Source: Octopus sinensis
Taxonomy: Eukaryota
DNA length: 64,000 nt
Direction of reading: 5' to 3'
NCBI RefSeq assembly: GCF_006345805.1
Contig: NC_042998.1
Span: 112,282,001 to 112,346,000 of the forward strand
In this document: in pieces, positions 12,170 through 23,986 of the stretch
Numbering within the stretch: the first letter of the stretch is position 1
How the letters are laid out: each line of letters begins with the position of its first letter
The notes under the pieces: generated by a model
What the model was told of the DNA's origin: nothing
The model's database searches: none
Seen by the model: only the letters and a program-made list of their open reading frames with translations
Made by a program: the position numbers and the translations under genes

Positions 12170-14290
12170 AGAACGAAAGACGAAAATAGGTGTAGGAACA
12201 AGCAGGTGTATTAGTTTAACGCTCGGGAAAATTGAACAGTCTTCTACGTTTCGAGCCTACGCTTTTCGACAGAAAGGAATAAGACGAAAATGGAGAGATA
12301 GCGAAAAAAAGAAAAAAAAACCGAAAGCGAGAAACTGTGTTGAGTTCAGCTCTCTACCATAGCGGGTTGACTAGAAAAGAAGAGGTTGAATGAAAGGAAG
12401 ATAATAATTTTAAAAAGTGGTTGAATGAAAGGAAGATAATAATTTTAAAAAGTGGTTGAAAGGAAGGGAGATAATAATGCGTAGACGAAGGAATTGGGAA
12501 TAGAGGATGAAGCGCTTAGTGTGGGTAGAGTGGGAAAAGGAGAAGTTAAAGTAGGAGTGTGAGACAATGTGTTTGTAGTGGATGGAGGTAGTGAGAGCTG
12601 AGTGCTGTATGCTGACAGAAAAGCCAAGAAATTCGACAGAAGTATTAGAGATAGTGAAGGAGAATCCGAGGGAAGGATGGAAGGATTGGAGAAAAGAGAG
12701 GAAGGGCTCCAGTTATTCGCGGGAGAGTGAGGTCGCCCCGATACAGTCATTGGTATAACGACCGTACAGCTCGAGAGTGGGACCAGTAAATTGTGTGAAT
12801 ATTTGGGTCTCAACGTAGCCGACGAACAGGTTTGCATAGTTGGGCCCATTTTCGTTCTCATGTCCACCCTGCGAACGAGAGGTAGATGAGGGAGAGGACA
12901 CGTTCGCCAGGTTGTCAGGTTGAGGGTCAGGCCGAAGGTCAAGGAAGTTTTAAGCGCAAGAGGTCCCTCGTTGCCTGGGATCACCGTATACAAACTTTTA
13001 ATGTCAAAAGTGAACAGAAGTTGAGAGGGGCCAGGAGGCTCATGACATGCGTGACTTCCTGGTCCATATTTTTTCCCTAGCCCCCGCCTTCATGCCTAGC
13101 TCCTTCCCCTGCTCCCGCCCACGCTGTCGTACCTGCTCCTACTTCTCCAACACCCCCATGTGTTAAACAGACGGAGAGCATGATTGGTATCGTGGATGTG
13201 TGAGGGGAGGGAAGCCACTAGAAGGAAAGGACGCGGTCGAGGTATTTAGAGATCATTTCCGTGTGGCAGTTGCAGGCGGAGACGATGGGGTGGCCAGGGT
13301 TGTTAGGGTTGTGAATTTTGGGAAGGAAGTAAATTCTGGGAGTGCGTGGGGGTACAGACAATGATGTTGGAGGCAGTGGGAGGGAGACGGGAGGAGGAAA
13401 TGAGGTCATGAATAGCAAAGATCACAGTCTTTTGGTAATTAGGCGTTGTGTTGGAGGGCAGTGGGCAATAGAAGGAGGTGTCTTGAAGGTGACGGAGAGC
13501 TTCGGCCTTGTAATGTCTGCGCGTCACACCACTACAACTTCACCCTTATCGGCCGGTTTAATGAAGATATCTTTCCGCCGTCGGCGACATCGAAGGGCCG
13601 AGAGTTCGGCTGGGGAGTTGCTGAACTATCGGGGACGCCTGTGAAAGTTAAACCGGTCCATAAAACGTTGGCAGTTGCTTGGAACTTGTCAGGAGCTGGC
13701 GTCCAATGGGATGGTCGGCGGCCCAGATCAGTGAAGCAGTTTTCTTCCTTAGATGCATGTGGGGTGTTGTGGAATAGTACACGTAGCCTGACGCGGCGCA
13801 CAAAGTACTGGATATCAGCATGGGTCTGAAACTCGTTACTGTGAGGGGTATGAAGCGCATACCCTTACTGAGAAGAGAGCGCTCTGCTTCAGAGAGCGGG
13901 AGATCAGGAGGAATGGTAACTACAAGAATGGTAACCACAGAAGTGGCATGAGGGGGGATTAGGTGGGGAGGCAATGGAGAGGCGGTGGTAGGCTGGGAGG
14001 CGAGAGAGGAGGAAATGGTGTGTGGTAGGGCTGGAGTAATGGATGAGCTGGAGTGGATCGGGGAAGGAGGGGGACGTGTAGTGGCATCGGGTGGGACAGG
14101 ATGAAAGAGTGAGTGGAGTTTATGTTGTTTAGTGCGAGCGAGAAAGTCATGGAAAAGGTGGTTTAGGTGGAAGATGAAGCGTAAGGTGGAATGTGCAACG
14201 GATAGTGAACAGCGGTGAAAAAAGGTGAAATAAGCATGACGGAGAAGGCGGTCGAGGGTGTGTATTTTGGAGAGGTATGTGTGGGTGTAT
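12170..14290 (-). mobile_element. Penelope-like retroelement (RT pseudogene, GIY-YIG portion deleted, 3' terminal repeat present)
   Basis: Minus-strand fragments: VVTIPPDLPLSEAERSLLSKGMRFIP; PRTPRIYFLPKIHNPNNPGHPIVSACNC; (L)YTVIP; GPNYANLFVGYVETQIF…YGRYTNDCIGA; HPSLGFSFTIS…EFLG…HYK…SHSY…YSQFLRLR. All are characteristic PLE RT motifs, broken by frameshifts and stops. Confidence 0.9.
12240..12278 (-). ncRNA. Minimal type I hammerhead-ribozyme-like motif in Penelope terminal repeat (CUGUCGA core variant)
   Basis: Reverse complement reads uccuuu-CUGUCGA-A-AAGC-GUAG-GCUC-GAAAC-GUA-gaaga. PLE terminal repeats are known to carry minimal hammerheads. The first stem II pair is mismatched in this copy. 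Confidence 0.55.
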
Positions 14291-14437
14291 GCGTGCGTTT
14301 GTAAGTATGTGTATGTGTATGCGCGTGCGTGTGTGTGTCTTTGTGTACATACACTCGCACACGTATTCGTGTATGGTTTCAGTATTTACTAAACAAAGGA
14401 AATATGTCTAAGTAACAAAGTAGTGTCTAAATATTCT

Positions 14438-15146
14438 TTTCTACTCTAAGTGCAAGGCCCAAACTTTTTTGGGAAGAGTTCAGTCGATTAGATCGACCCC
14501 AGTACGCAACTGGTACTTAATTTATCGACCCCGAAAGAATGAAAGGCAAAACGTGTTCCCCTTGTCAGGCCTTCATTTGGTGTCAACCAACACCTTCTGA
14601 GGTGAGAATGGCCATGCCCTAGCTTAAAATACACAGGCACGCACTGCTGCTGCAATATCAACGGAATTTGAATTCGGAACGTAAACACAGTCGAAATACC
14701 ACTAAGCAATTCGCCCGGCGTGCTAAAGTTTCTTGTTTCTTTACTGCTCACAAGGACTACACAGAGAGGAAAAACAAGGATAGACACATGGATTAAGTCG
14801 ATTATATCGACCCCAGTGCGTAACTGGTATTTATTTAATCGACTCCGAAAGGATGAAAGGCAAAGTCGACCTCGGTGGAATTTGAACTCAGAACGTAGCG
14901 GCTGACGAAATACCTATTTCTTTACTACCTACAAGGGGCTAAACACAGAGGGGACAAACAAGGACAGACAAACGGATGAAGGCGATTATATCGACCTCAG
15001 TGAATAACTGGTACTTATTTAAACGACCCCGAAAGGATGAAAGGCAAAGTCGACCTCGGCGGAATTTGAACTCAGAACGTAGCGGCTGACGAAATACCGC
15101 TAGGCGTTTCGCCTGGCGTGCTAACGTTTCTGCCAGGTCACCGCTT
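14438..15146 (-). mobile_element. Trimeric/nested SINE family B with 17-bp TSD
   Basis: Three SINE cores (tcgaccccgaaaggatgaaaggcaaagtcgacctcggcggaatttgaactcagaacgt) in tandem. TSD tagtgtctaaatattct at 14421-14437 and 15147-15163. Confidence 0.9.
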
Positions 15147-15614
15147 TAGTGTCTAAATATTCTATTTGACAAACCCACACAGAGATTGCAACTTCAAAGA
15201 TTTGTAGTTTTAAGGTTTATTGAAAATGGATGATGCTTGAGAATTATAGAAGAATATAGAAGTCATATAAATAAGTAAATAAGAGCGAATCCAATCTCAC
15301 GGAATGAAGTAGCTGAAGGGAATTACGTTTGGAAAACTTTTGCGTAGGAATATGTATATAAGTGAATGCAGACAAATGTATATGTCTATATCCTCTTATA
15401 TGGAGACACACGCATGTATACAGGTGCTAATCCTCAAAAAGGTACTGGAATACACACACAAACACACACATTCACACACATACATTCACACACACATACA
15501 CAGTCATATTTAAGCATTTGTTCACGTATATATGTATGCGTGTGTGTGTGTGCGCTTATGTGTGCAAGTATGTATACACACTTGTATATGTATGTGTATA
15601 TATATGTATATATA

Positions 15615-15681
<67 letters not shown>

Positions 15682-16229
15682 TATATATACACACACACAC
15701 ACACGTGTACAAACACACATAAACATATGTGTGTTTGCGCGCATACAAATGCGTATGAGTATGGGATTGTATATAAGCACGTGCTCATATATATGTATAT
15801 GCATATATGCATGTGTGCTGTAATTCCTCCTTACAATGTTCCATTTAATTTAACTTCTGTCAGAACTTTCGTCACTGTTGCAGAAATTTTCACAGCTTCA
15901 AAATGATTCTTTAAAACGCTAGCTCCTCCTATCTTGAATAAAATTTCTTTCATGCTATTTTCAGAGATATGTATATCATTCATGTTTTTTTATTTTTCCA
16001 CATTTTGTTTAAACTTTACTAGCGAAAATCTACGTCACAATCTTTATGTATCATGGTCTAATAAAAATGATAACCATAATCGTAATAATGTTTTCTTTAT
16101 TAACTGTAAAGGGTTTACACAAATACCGAGGACAGCACCGATTGATACAATAAAATAAATTAAAATATAAAATTTTTCAAACAGTAAAATAACAAAAACA
16201 AAAAGACCAAAAATTTAAGCAAGAAATAA

Positions 16230-19200
16230 TTCTTTAACTAGAAGAAAGCTTCCGAGGTCTGCTCGTGGAAACCCAAAATGGCCACAGTCACCTTTACCAC
16301 TTGAGCGCATGCTCAGAACAGACCCATTCACTCGGCACATCTTTGTCACTTTCATCTACCTTTCAGAAAGTTTGCTGCAAGTGGAACTTAAAGATGATGA
16401 TAATGGCTACAGATAAAGGTATCTCTCTTCAACTCTTTCTGTCGGGTTCACCACAAAACCTCTTTCACTAAGGCCTCCTAAAGAGATAATTGCTGCCTGT
16501 ACCTCCCGGCGAAAAGAAGGCGATGGAACGATTTCAAAATGGACTCAATGCTGGATGCATTCTACATGCGACAGTGGTGTTCGACATATCTCAACAAGCT
16601 AACAATGCTCGGATAATGGACTAGTGAGTGCAGAACTTCTTCGATTTTCAGCCTACATCTCGGGCAGAGCCGGCTAACGTTATCTCCATGCTTATAAGAT
16701 TTATCTCTAACCGGCAATGACTCCACTAGTATTGACAAGTCAGAGACTTCAGGACATTGTCTACAAGCCCCACCCTTAATGACCACCGAAACTGACCAGT
16801 CAATTAATTCTCATCGATGGTTAGGATCTATCCAAAAACCTCGTTGCTCTTACCCGTTCCCAACTTTCTACATATCACCAAAGTAAGACTTCTACTAATA
16901 GCGTTCTGCCTCGTTCGCCGCTTGATCCAAGACTACAGCTCAGTAAAAGAGACGAGCTGTGAGAAAGTGAATCTGATCACACCTGCTCACCGTAAAAGAA
17001 AAGGTGAAGATGTTGCAGCAGTAGTGCGTGCCTGTGCATTTTAAGCTAGGGCATGGCCATTCTCACCTCAGAAGGTGTTGACACCAAATGAAGGCCTGAC
17101 AAGGGGAACACGTTCTTTCCATAGAAAGCTGAAAAGCAAGCGCTCCAGTCCAGTGAGACTTGAAAAGTGGCAAAACACGACGATCAGGAAGTAATATATG
17201 ACGAAATCAGTCGATGTAAGCGTTCTCCAAGTCTGTCCGACCTTTCAAAAATAACTTACTCTCGTCTAATTTATGGGTGATTTTGGCCAACCTGCTCGTC
17301 ACCTCATTTCAGTTCTTCTCCATTTGGAAATGTGAGCCAAACCAGACCCTGAGCATTTTAACCCGTCCCTCCATCCATCAACTTACGACTCTGTTAGACG
17401 GTATAGACCTATGTCTCTAGGTGCTGTGCTATCAGCCCACTGGCTTTTCTTGGTTGATTTTGGCTCTTGCAAGCGTTTCGTTGTCCCTTAGAGCAATGCT
17501 GATCACCTTGATATGCTTGGTGTCCGACACTACAACAGTGACATCGTCCCCGCATGCCGGTATTGTTCTTCCACATCCTAGTTTGCGTAGAACGCCCTTC
17601 AACGTCTCTGGTTTCCACAATAGTGACTAAAAAGTCAATACTAAAAGAAACAGGAGGAAACAGCAATGACGAACGAGCGTATGATACTGAATGGTTTCGT
17701 TTGGTGGACTTTCATTCTAACCACCGAGCGGAAGACAGGACCTAAACGGTCACCATGAACTAGCCACTAAGTATTGATAGCTGACAGTATCGAAGATTTT
17801 TGATTTAACTTGATCAGGACCCCACCATGGCAGGTTTTTTCCACGCTTCCTGCGTGAGATGAAGGTTATAGTGGATAGATTTTCTCGGGATGGTGCATGT
17901 TAGGGCATCGCAAACTTGACCGTCGATGACAAGAGCTAACCTCTTTACTAATATCTTAGCAAAAATTTTGAAACCTGCATTGAAGACAGTTATAGGCTGA
18001 AAATTATAGATGTAATACTTCTTGTTTAAACCCTTTCTCAGCTCCTAGGCTCATAGAACAGGGAATTCTCCCGCTTTTCTGCTACTTGCGGTAGATATCT
18101 ATCAAGAGGTCTCCAAATTATCTGACATTTCAAAATAAAGCTAATAGAGCAGATGATCCAAGCCAGATCATTCCCCAACGCAGGGAACCCCCTTTTCTTA
18201 AATTTATACTGCTGTTATGAAGCTTTTCCGGCTCACTTGCCGTGGTAGGCCGTCGAGATATTATTGAGATCTATCCCACGTTCCGGATCTCATTTCCTCC
18301 CAAATAGGCGACCGATGTGAGCTGAAAAGCTGTACTCATCTATTTAGGGTCCAGTAACTTGCACCTGTTATGGTTCAGCAAAGACTTTGTAACTGGCTAC
18401 GTACTCAGGAGTGCCTCTGCTACTCAGGTCCATCAACTGGCTTTCGTCAATGGCTTTGACAACGAAATCTTTGTGCTTCGAGTTGAGGATTGGTCATGGG
18501 CCAATCTCGCTGCGAGCATGTCAGTTATGATGTCTTTCCGAAGCACCTCTTCTGAGTTTCTAATTCCTAGTTTTATTTTGATCTATCACAACGACCTTAC
18601 TACACCTTGTTGATTCTACTCTAATCGCCACTTTCTGGGTCAAACAACTTTTGTTGCTGATGACTTCCCCGTCAACATCCGTTTAACTAATTCACTAATG
18701 CGGTCCTTGCAAGCTTGGCTCAACGGATACGACGCGTTCAGCTTCTCGTAACTGGATCCCTGCCTAGGAAGCCTAGCTTGACCGTACAGATCCTGAATTT
18801 GTGGTTTGTGAAACCGATGATTTTGAAATGAGAATAACCTATGCTATCCTTAACTATTGGCCAATAGAATACTTTATCCATAATAGATACGATCTAGATG
18901 ACCCGATGTGGCTCGTCAACGGTCCTATTGCTACATTCGGAAAAGCTAGTCGGTACTTATGAGGCAGCTGAAAGCATTTGAGCAGGTTTTCAGACAGCCC
19001 TACACAATCTAGGCGTGCATCCAAGATGACATTATAGTTGCCCACTAGCACCAAAGAGTGGGACATTTATGTGAAAGCCTCCAAACCCCTGAAGAAATCC
19101 AGCTGTTCAACAGCAGTCGTAGCATAAACAACTACTAATAGAACTCCCGTCGCTACTGCTCACATCCAGAACCACCAGCTTACCTTCTGGGCCCAGAAAG

Positions 19201-19480
19201 ATGATCTGCATCGTGAGATCAAGACCCTTCTGAAACAACACAGCAGATCCGCCTCTTAATTCCGGTCGACATAAAGATAAATAGATATGAAGGCATGTGG
19301 ATCGGGCACTTTAGTCTCGCTGGTGATTTTCATGGCTCTATTTAGTGATCTGAGGTCGCTAAGTAGGTGGGCGTGCTTCCAAGATGATCCCAGACCACAA
19401 GCATTAAAACTGCCTTTTATGAGTAAGACCATTTTAGAAAGATAGGGAACGGCGAGAAAGGATCGCTTACCTTTCTCACA
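16230..19480 (-). mobile_element. L1/Tx1-clade LINE ORF2 pseudogene (APE endonuclease, RT, C-terminal CCHC)
   Basis: Minus strand: MVLLIKGSFNACGLGSSWK… (ATG at 19432), VLVGNYNVILDARLDC (GDFN-like), RT IPACGDDVTVVVSD…AKINQEKPVG, RVPLVRPS/IWCQH, and CPRCRLKIEEVLHSLVH. Many frameshifts and stops. Confidence 0.88.
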
Positions 19481-19688
19481 GTAGTAGCAGTAGTAGTAGC
19501 AGCAGCAGCAGTAGTAGTAGTAGTGGTAGTAGTAGTAGTAGTAGTAGTAAGTAGTAGTAGTAGTTGTTGTTGTCGTTGTTACTGTTGTTGCTACTGCTGC
19601 TGCTGTTGTTGTTGTTGTCGTTGTTACTGTTGTTGCCGCTGCTGCTGCTGCTGCTTGTATTGTAGTAGTAGTAGTAGTTGCTGTTATT

Positions 19689-19735
<47 letters not shown>

Positions 19736-19797
19736 TGCTGCTGTCGCTGTTGTTGTTGTAGTAGTAGTAATTGTAGTAGTTGTAGTTGTGGTAATTG
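19481..19797. repeat. Compound trinucleotide microsatellite (TAG/TTG/CTG)n
   Basis: Direct repeats abutting the LINE 5' end; source of the poly-T/Y/S/C ORFs. Confidence 0.95.
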
Positions 19798-19859
19798 CAA
19801 TTTCGTACGCAACTTTCACTGGCTTCATTTAACAGGTGAAGCAGAAACAAAAAACAAAA

Positions 19860-20360
19860 CTCTCATCTCAAGGAGAATTTTGCCAAATTTGACCTTAAAT
19901 TTACAAGTTCACTTAGTGCTGCATTCACACATCGAAGTACCTCGTGGTATTTTAACTAACCTTTCAATGGATGAAAGCTAACAACAGGAGAGAAGACGTA
20001 AGAAGATAAAAGAACGACAAAGAACCGAGAAGTGAATATGCAAATCCTGGAGATTAAGATTTCTCAAACTGTAAATGGTATTTCTGGAACTAAAATAGAA
20101 ATAAAAAAATTTTGAGTCAAAGTGAGCTGTAGGTTATTACAAGCATGTCAGTACTAATGGAAAATTTAGAAAACGTGGCGGTTCCTTTCAAGAGAGGAGT
20201 ACAGGAAGCTTAAGTACAATAAACTACGAAAGTGAAATATACTACGTGAAGAAAACTTAAACCAGCTGCAAGAAAATATGGATCTCAGAATATGGAATAT
20301 GAGAGAAGAACAATGAGAACATATATAAATGGTAGAAAAGTTGAATCAAAAGCCTAAAAA
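19860..20360 (+). mobile_element. Highly degraded LINE RT remnant
   Basis: VNGISGTKIEIKKILSQ resembles the RT segment preceding the QG motif; tggatctcagaatatggaat resembles WxxEYGM. Weak. Confidence 0.3.
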
Positions 20361-20442
20361 TTACACATGGTTACAAGTTTACTTGTATCACGTAGAGACT
20401 TGTCAATCAGGTGGGCTTGTTCTCTCTCTCTCTCTCTCTCAG

Positions 20443-20475
<33 letters not shown>

Positions 20476-20769
20476 CTCTCTCGCTTCTCTCTAACTATTT
20501 ATCATCTACATATCTATCTATGTATTTATCTATCTCTCCCTCTCTCCCTGTTCGGTATTATATATCTATTACGGGTGTGTATGTATATATATATATATAT
20601 ATAATAAATAAAACATATGCATATATACATACATATATGTACGTACCTACCTCTACATGTATATATACATGCATACCCATATATGCATGTATATATACAT
20701 GTAGAGGTAGGTACGTACATATATGTATGTATATATGCATATGTTTTATTTATATATTATATATATACG

Positions 20770-20806
20770 ACTGAACGCACGCATCCATTTCTAAGTAAGA
20801 TTGTTC

Positions 20807-20841
<35 letters not shown>

Positions 20842-20878
20842 TTTCAGCTCAGAGCTGCGGCCATGCTGATGCACCGCC

Positions 20879-20939
<61 letters not shown>

Positions 20940-20959
20940 CATACATACATACATCATAC

Positions 20960-20994
<35 letters not shown>

Positions 20995-21066
20995 CACATA
21001 CATACATACATACATACATACATACATACATACTACATACATACACACACACACACATATATATAT

Positions 21067-21099
<33 letters not shown>

Positions 21100-21227
21100 C
21101 ACATATATATAAATATATATATATATATGCACTATAAATATTCATATATATTATATATACTTACACACTATAAATATTCGCTCTCCCTCTATCTGTTTTT
21201 ACGTGTGTGTGTGTATATATATATATA

Positions 21228-21289
<62 letters not shown>

Positions 21290-21290
21290 A
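20770..21290. repeat. (TA)n/(TACA)n/(GT)n microsatellite block
   Basis: Direct simple repeats; explains the 228-aa ORF at 20617-21303. Confidence 0.9.
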
Positions 21291-21792
21291 AGTGTTGAAG
21301 TAAAGTGTATTGCTACAGTTCTGTACACATAACAATGAACACGGCGAAACCTGAAAATATGAAAGGATACGAAGAATGCTAGCAGAATAATATATTTTAA
21401 ATGAATCGACTGGTAGGGAAGCAAATCTATTTAAAAATATAATCATGTATAAGCAGTGAGGTAGAAGTGTTCTTCCGTCTCTATGTATTCTCTATATACC
21501 TACACACTGCTCTCGGACTATTTTGTTTCATCCATGCTACCTTTAGAATTGCGAACGAAATTCATTTCTCCCACTTATGAAAATGAAATCCTACATAAGG
21601 GAGAATATGAATAGAAGTCTGTAATATATTGAGAACTCGCTCTTTCTTTCATATACGTATAGACACATTCATATATGCATACTTATGTGCAATACGTACA
21701 TTCGCGTACACATACATACTTTTCCTATTTCTTACTACATACATATGTGATTGATTGTCTGTACATATATGTGTGTGTTTGTGTGTGTGTGT

Positions 21793-21838
<46 letters not shown>

Positions 21839-21840
21839 TG

Positions 21841-22134
21841 TGGAGGCACATGGCCTAGTGGTTAGAGCAGCGGACTTGCGGTCGAGGGATCGCGGGTTCG
21901 AATCTCAGACCGGGCGATGTGTGTGTTTATAAGCGAAACACTTAAGCCCCACGCGGCTCCGGCAGAAGGTCATGGCGAACTTCTGCTGACTCTTTCGCCA
22001 CTACTTTCTCTCACTCTTGCATCTTGCAACTCACCTGCGACGGGCCGGCGTCCCATCTAGGTGGGGAACCTATACGCCAAGGAAACCGGGAAACCGGCTC
22101 CATGAGCCAGGGATGGCTCGAGAAAGAACAAACA
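21841..22134 (+). mobile_element. tRNA-derived SINE, family D, with V-domain-like core
   Basis: Head tggcctagtggttagagcagcggac…gggttcgaatctc (A and B boxes). Internal cctgcgacgggccggcgtcccatctagg resembles the V-SINE conserved domain; 3' gaaaccggg…gaacaaaca tail. Confidence 0.8.
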
Positions 22135-22504
22135 TATGTGTGTATATGTCTCAATCACCGTTGTTCTCACAATTGTCATAGATATGGATCTGTGAAAAGC
22201 GCTTATTTGTTTTGCTGACGCTGACTATATTACTCGCCAGAGATCTCCCCTATACATCTGACCTGGGGATAAACAAAAGCATCATTAACTATAATTGTTA
22301 GTTGGCAATATGAAGAATTTCCGAACATTTTATAAATGGTCCCAGGATATTTATTATTTCATACATCATCTAAATGAAGAGTATGATTTATTTTTCGGTA
22401 GAATATTCATGAGATATTCTTTGTTTTGTTAGTGGAGATATTTTATTCTGGTTCAGTGGTATGTTCACTCTTCAGTCAGTTTAATTCTTTATATTTAGTT
22501 CTTT

Positions 22505-22756
22505 ATTTTACTTATCTCAGTTATTAGACTGCAGCCATGCTGGACAGCACCTTGAAGAACTTTTAACCGAATGAATCAAACCCAGTGCTTTTTATATATA
22601 TATATTTTTTTTAGCCTGGTACTTATTCTATCGACCCCCTTTACTGAACGGCTAAGTTACGGGAATGAAAGAACACCAATACCGGTTAAGTGGTAGTGTG
22701 ACACACACAAGCAAAAAGACACACACACACACGCTCAGCCCGTCGTATATATGTAT

Positions 22757-22833
<77 letters not shown>

Positions 22834-23110
22834 GTGTCTGTGTTTCCCCACCCCCCAACATCGCTTGATAACCGATGCTGATGTGTTTACGTCCCTGTAA
22901 CTTAGCGGTTCGGTAAAAGGAGCCCGATAGAATAAGTACTACTAGACTTACAATGAATAAGTCCTGGGGTCGATTTGCTTGACTAAAGGCGGTGCTCCAG
23001 CATGGCCGCAGTCAAATGACTGAAACAAGTAAAGAGTAAAGAGCTTTTTTTAGTTTCCGTCTATGAAATCCACTGATAGGGCTTTGGTCCCAACGTGCCA
23101 CGCCTGCGCC
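22505..23110. mobile_element. Nested inverted family A SINEs
   Basis: Minus-strand 3' half at 22505-22720, a + strand 3' half at 22738-23042 ending gactgaaacaagtaaagag, then a minus-strand head fragment at 23045-23110. Confidence 0.7.
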
Positions 23111-23753
23111 TATTGTTGACTTGATTTTGGCAAACCGTCATATCTCGTAGAAACTTCTGCTTTGATAGCATTTTCAGACAGCGGCTGTTGTTTCTGATTT
23201 CTAATCCCAAGTCAGCCTTGATCAAGCAGACATTTAATCAAACACGACCATACCAATTTTCCCCCACACTTGTTATTCTTGATTCGTTGTCATTGGGTAC
23301 TTTTATCGGAAGCTGCTTTGTTGCAAGATTGTTGCGGCTTAGTGCCTGGTCTATTATTCTATTTCTCCCACCAGAGCCTTTGATAAAAAGGTCGAGATTG
23401 CTACCATTCCTCTTATGACTAAGTCATAAAGGCATTATAGTAATACATTATCTAATCTATCTTTCCTGGGATTTTTTCTTTGAGATTGATGCAGCTGCTA
23501 TTTGTACCAGATCTACCAGCTATAGCGACCACGTAAACATTGTTGGCTCAAACCACGATTCCAATAGCCATAAAAATAGAAAGCTTTTTTATGAAGTATC
23601 CCCACTGTTAATAGACTTCTTTCATGTGCAACAAACTGATACAGTACAGTTTTAATATTTAACATTTATTCAGTAAATCCTCTTGCTAGCTATAAAACAT
23701 TAAGTAAAGTCATTCGCTCAGTTTTCGGTGTGCAAACAGACAGGTATTTCAAA

Positions 23754-23986
23754 AGGCAGCGAGCTGGCTGAAACGTTAACACGCCGGGCGAAATGCTAGC
23801 GGTATTTCGTCTGCCGTTACGTTGTGAGTTCAAATTACACCGAGGTTGACTTTGCCTTTCATCCTTTCGGGGTCGATAAATTAAGTACCAGTTACGCACT
23901 GGGGTCGATGTAATCGACTTAATACCTTTGTCTGTCCGTGTTTGTCCCCCCCCCTATGTTTAGCCCCTTGTGGGCAATAAAGAAAT
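23754..23986 (+). mobile_element. SINE family B, full length, 12-bp TSD
   Basis: Head ggcagcgagctggctgaaacgttaacacgcc, B-box gagttcaaattac, tail gccccttgtgggcaataaagaaat. TSD aggtatttcaaa at 23742-23753 and 23987-23998. Confidence 0.9.

Noticed and set aside
20617-21303. 228-aa ORF and similar long ORFs (30892-31719, 19256-19828, 35702-36262, 11340-11733, 38429-38896)
   Set aside because: They are translations of (TA)n, (TACA)n, trinucleotide or (CT)n repeats that lack stop codons in some frames; there is no protein-like complexity.
21841-21915. tRNA gene-like sequence
   Set aside because: A and B boxes are present, but it continues into SINE body and tail and lacks a proper acceptor stem. 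Called as a SINE head.
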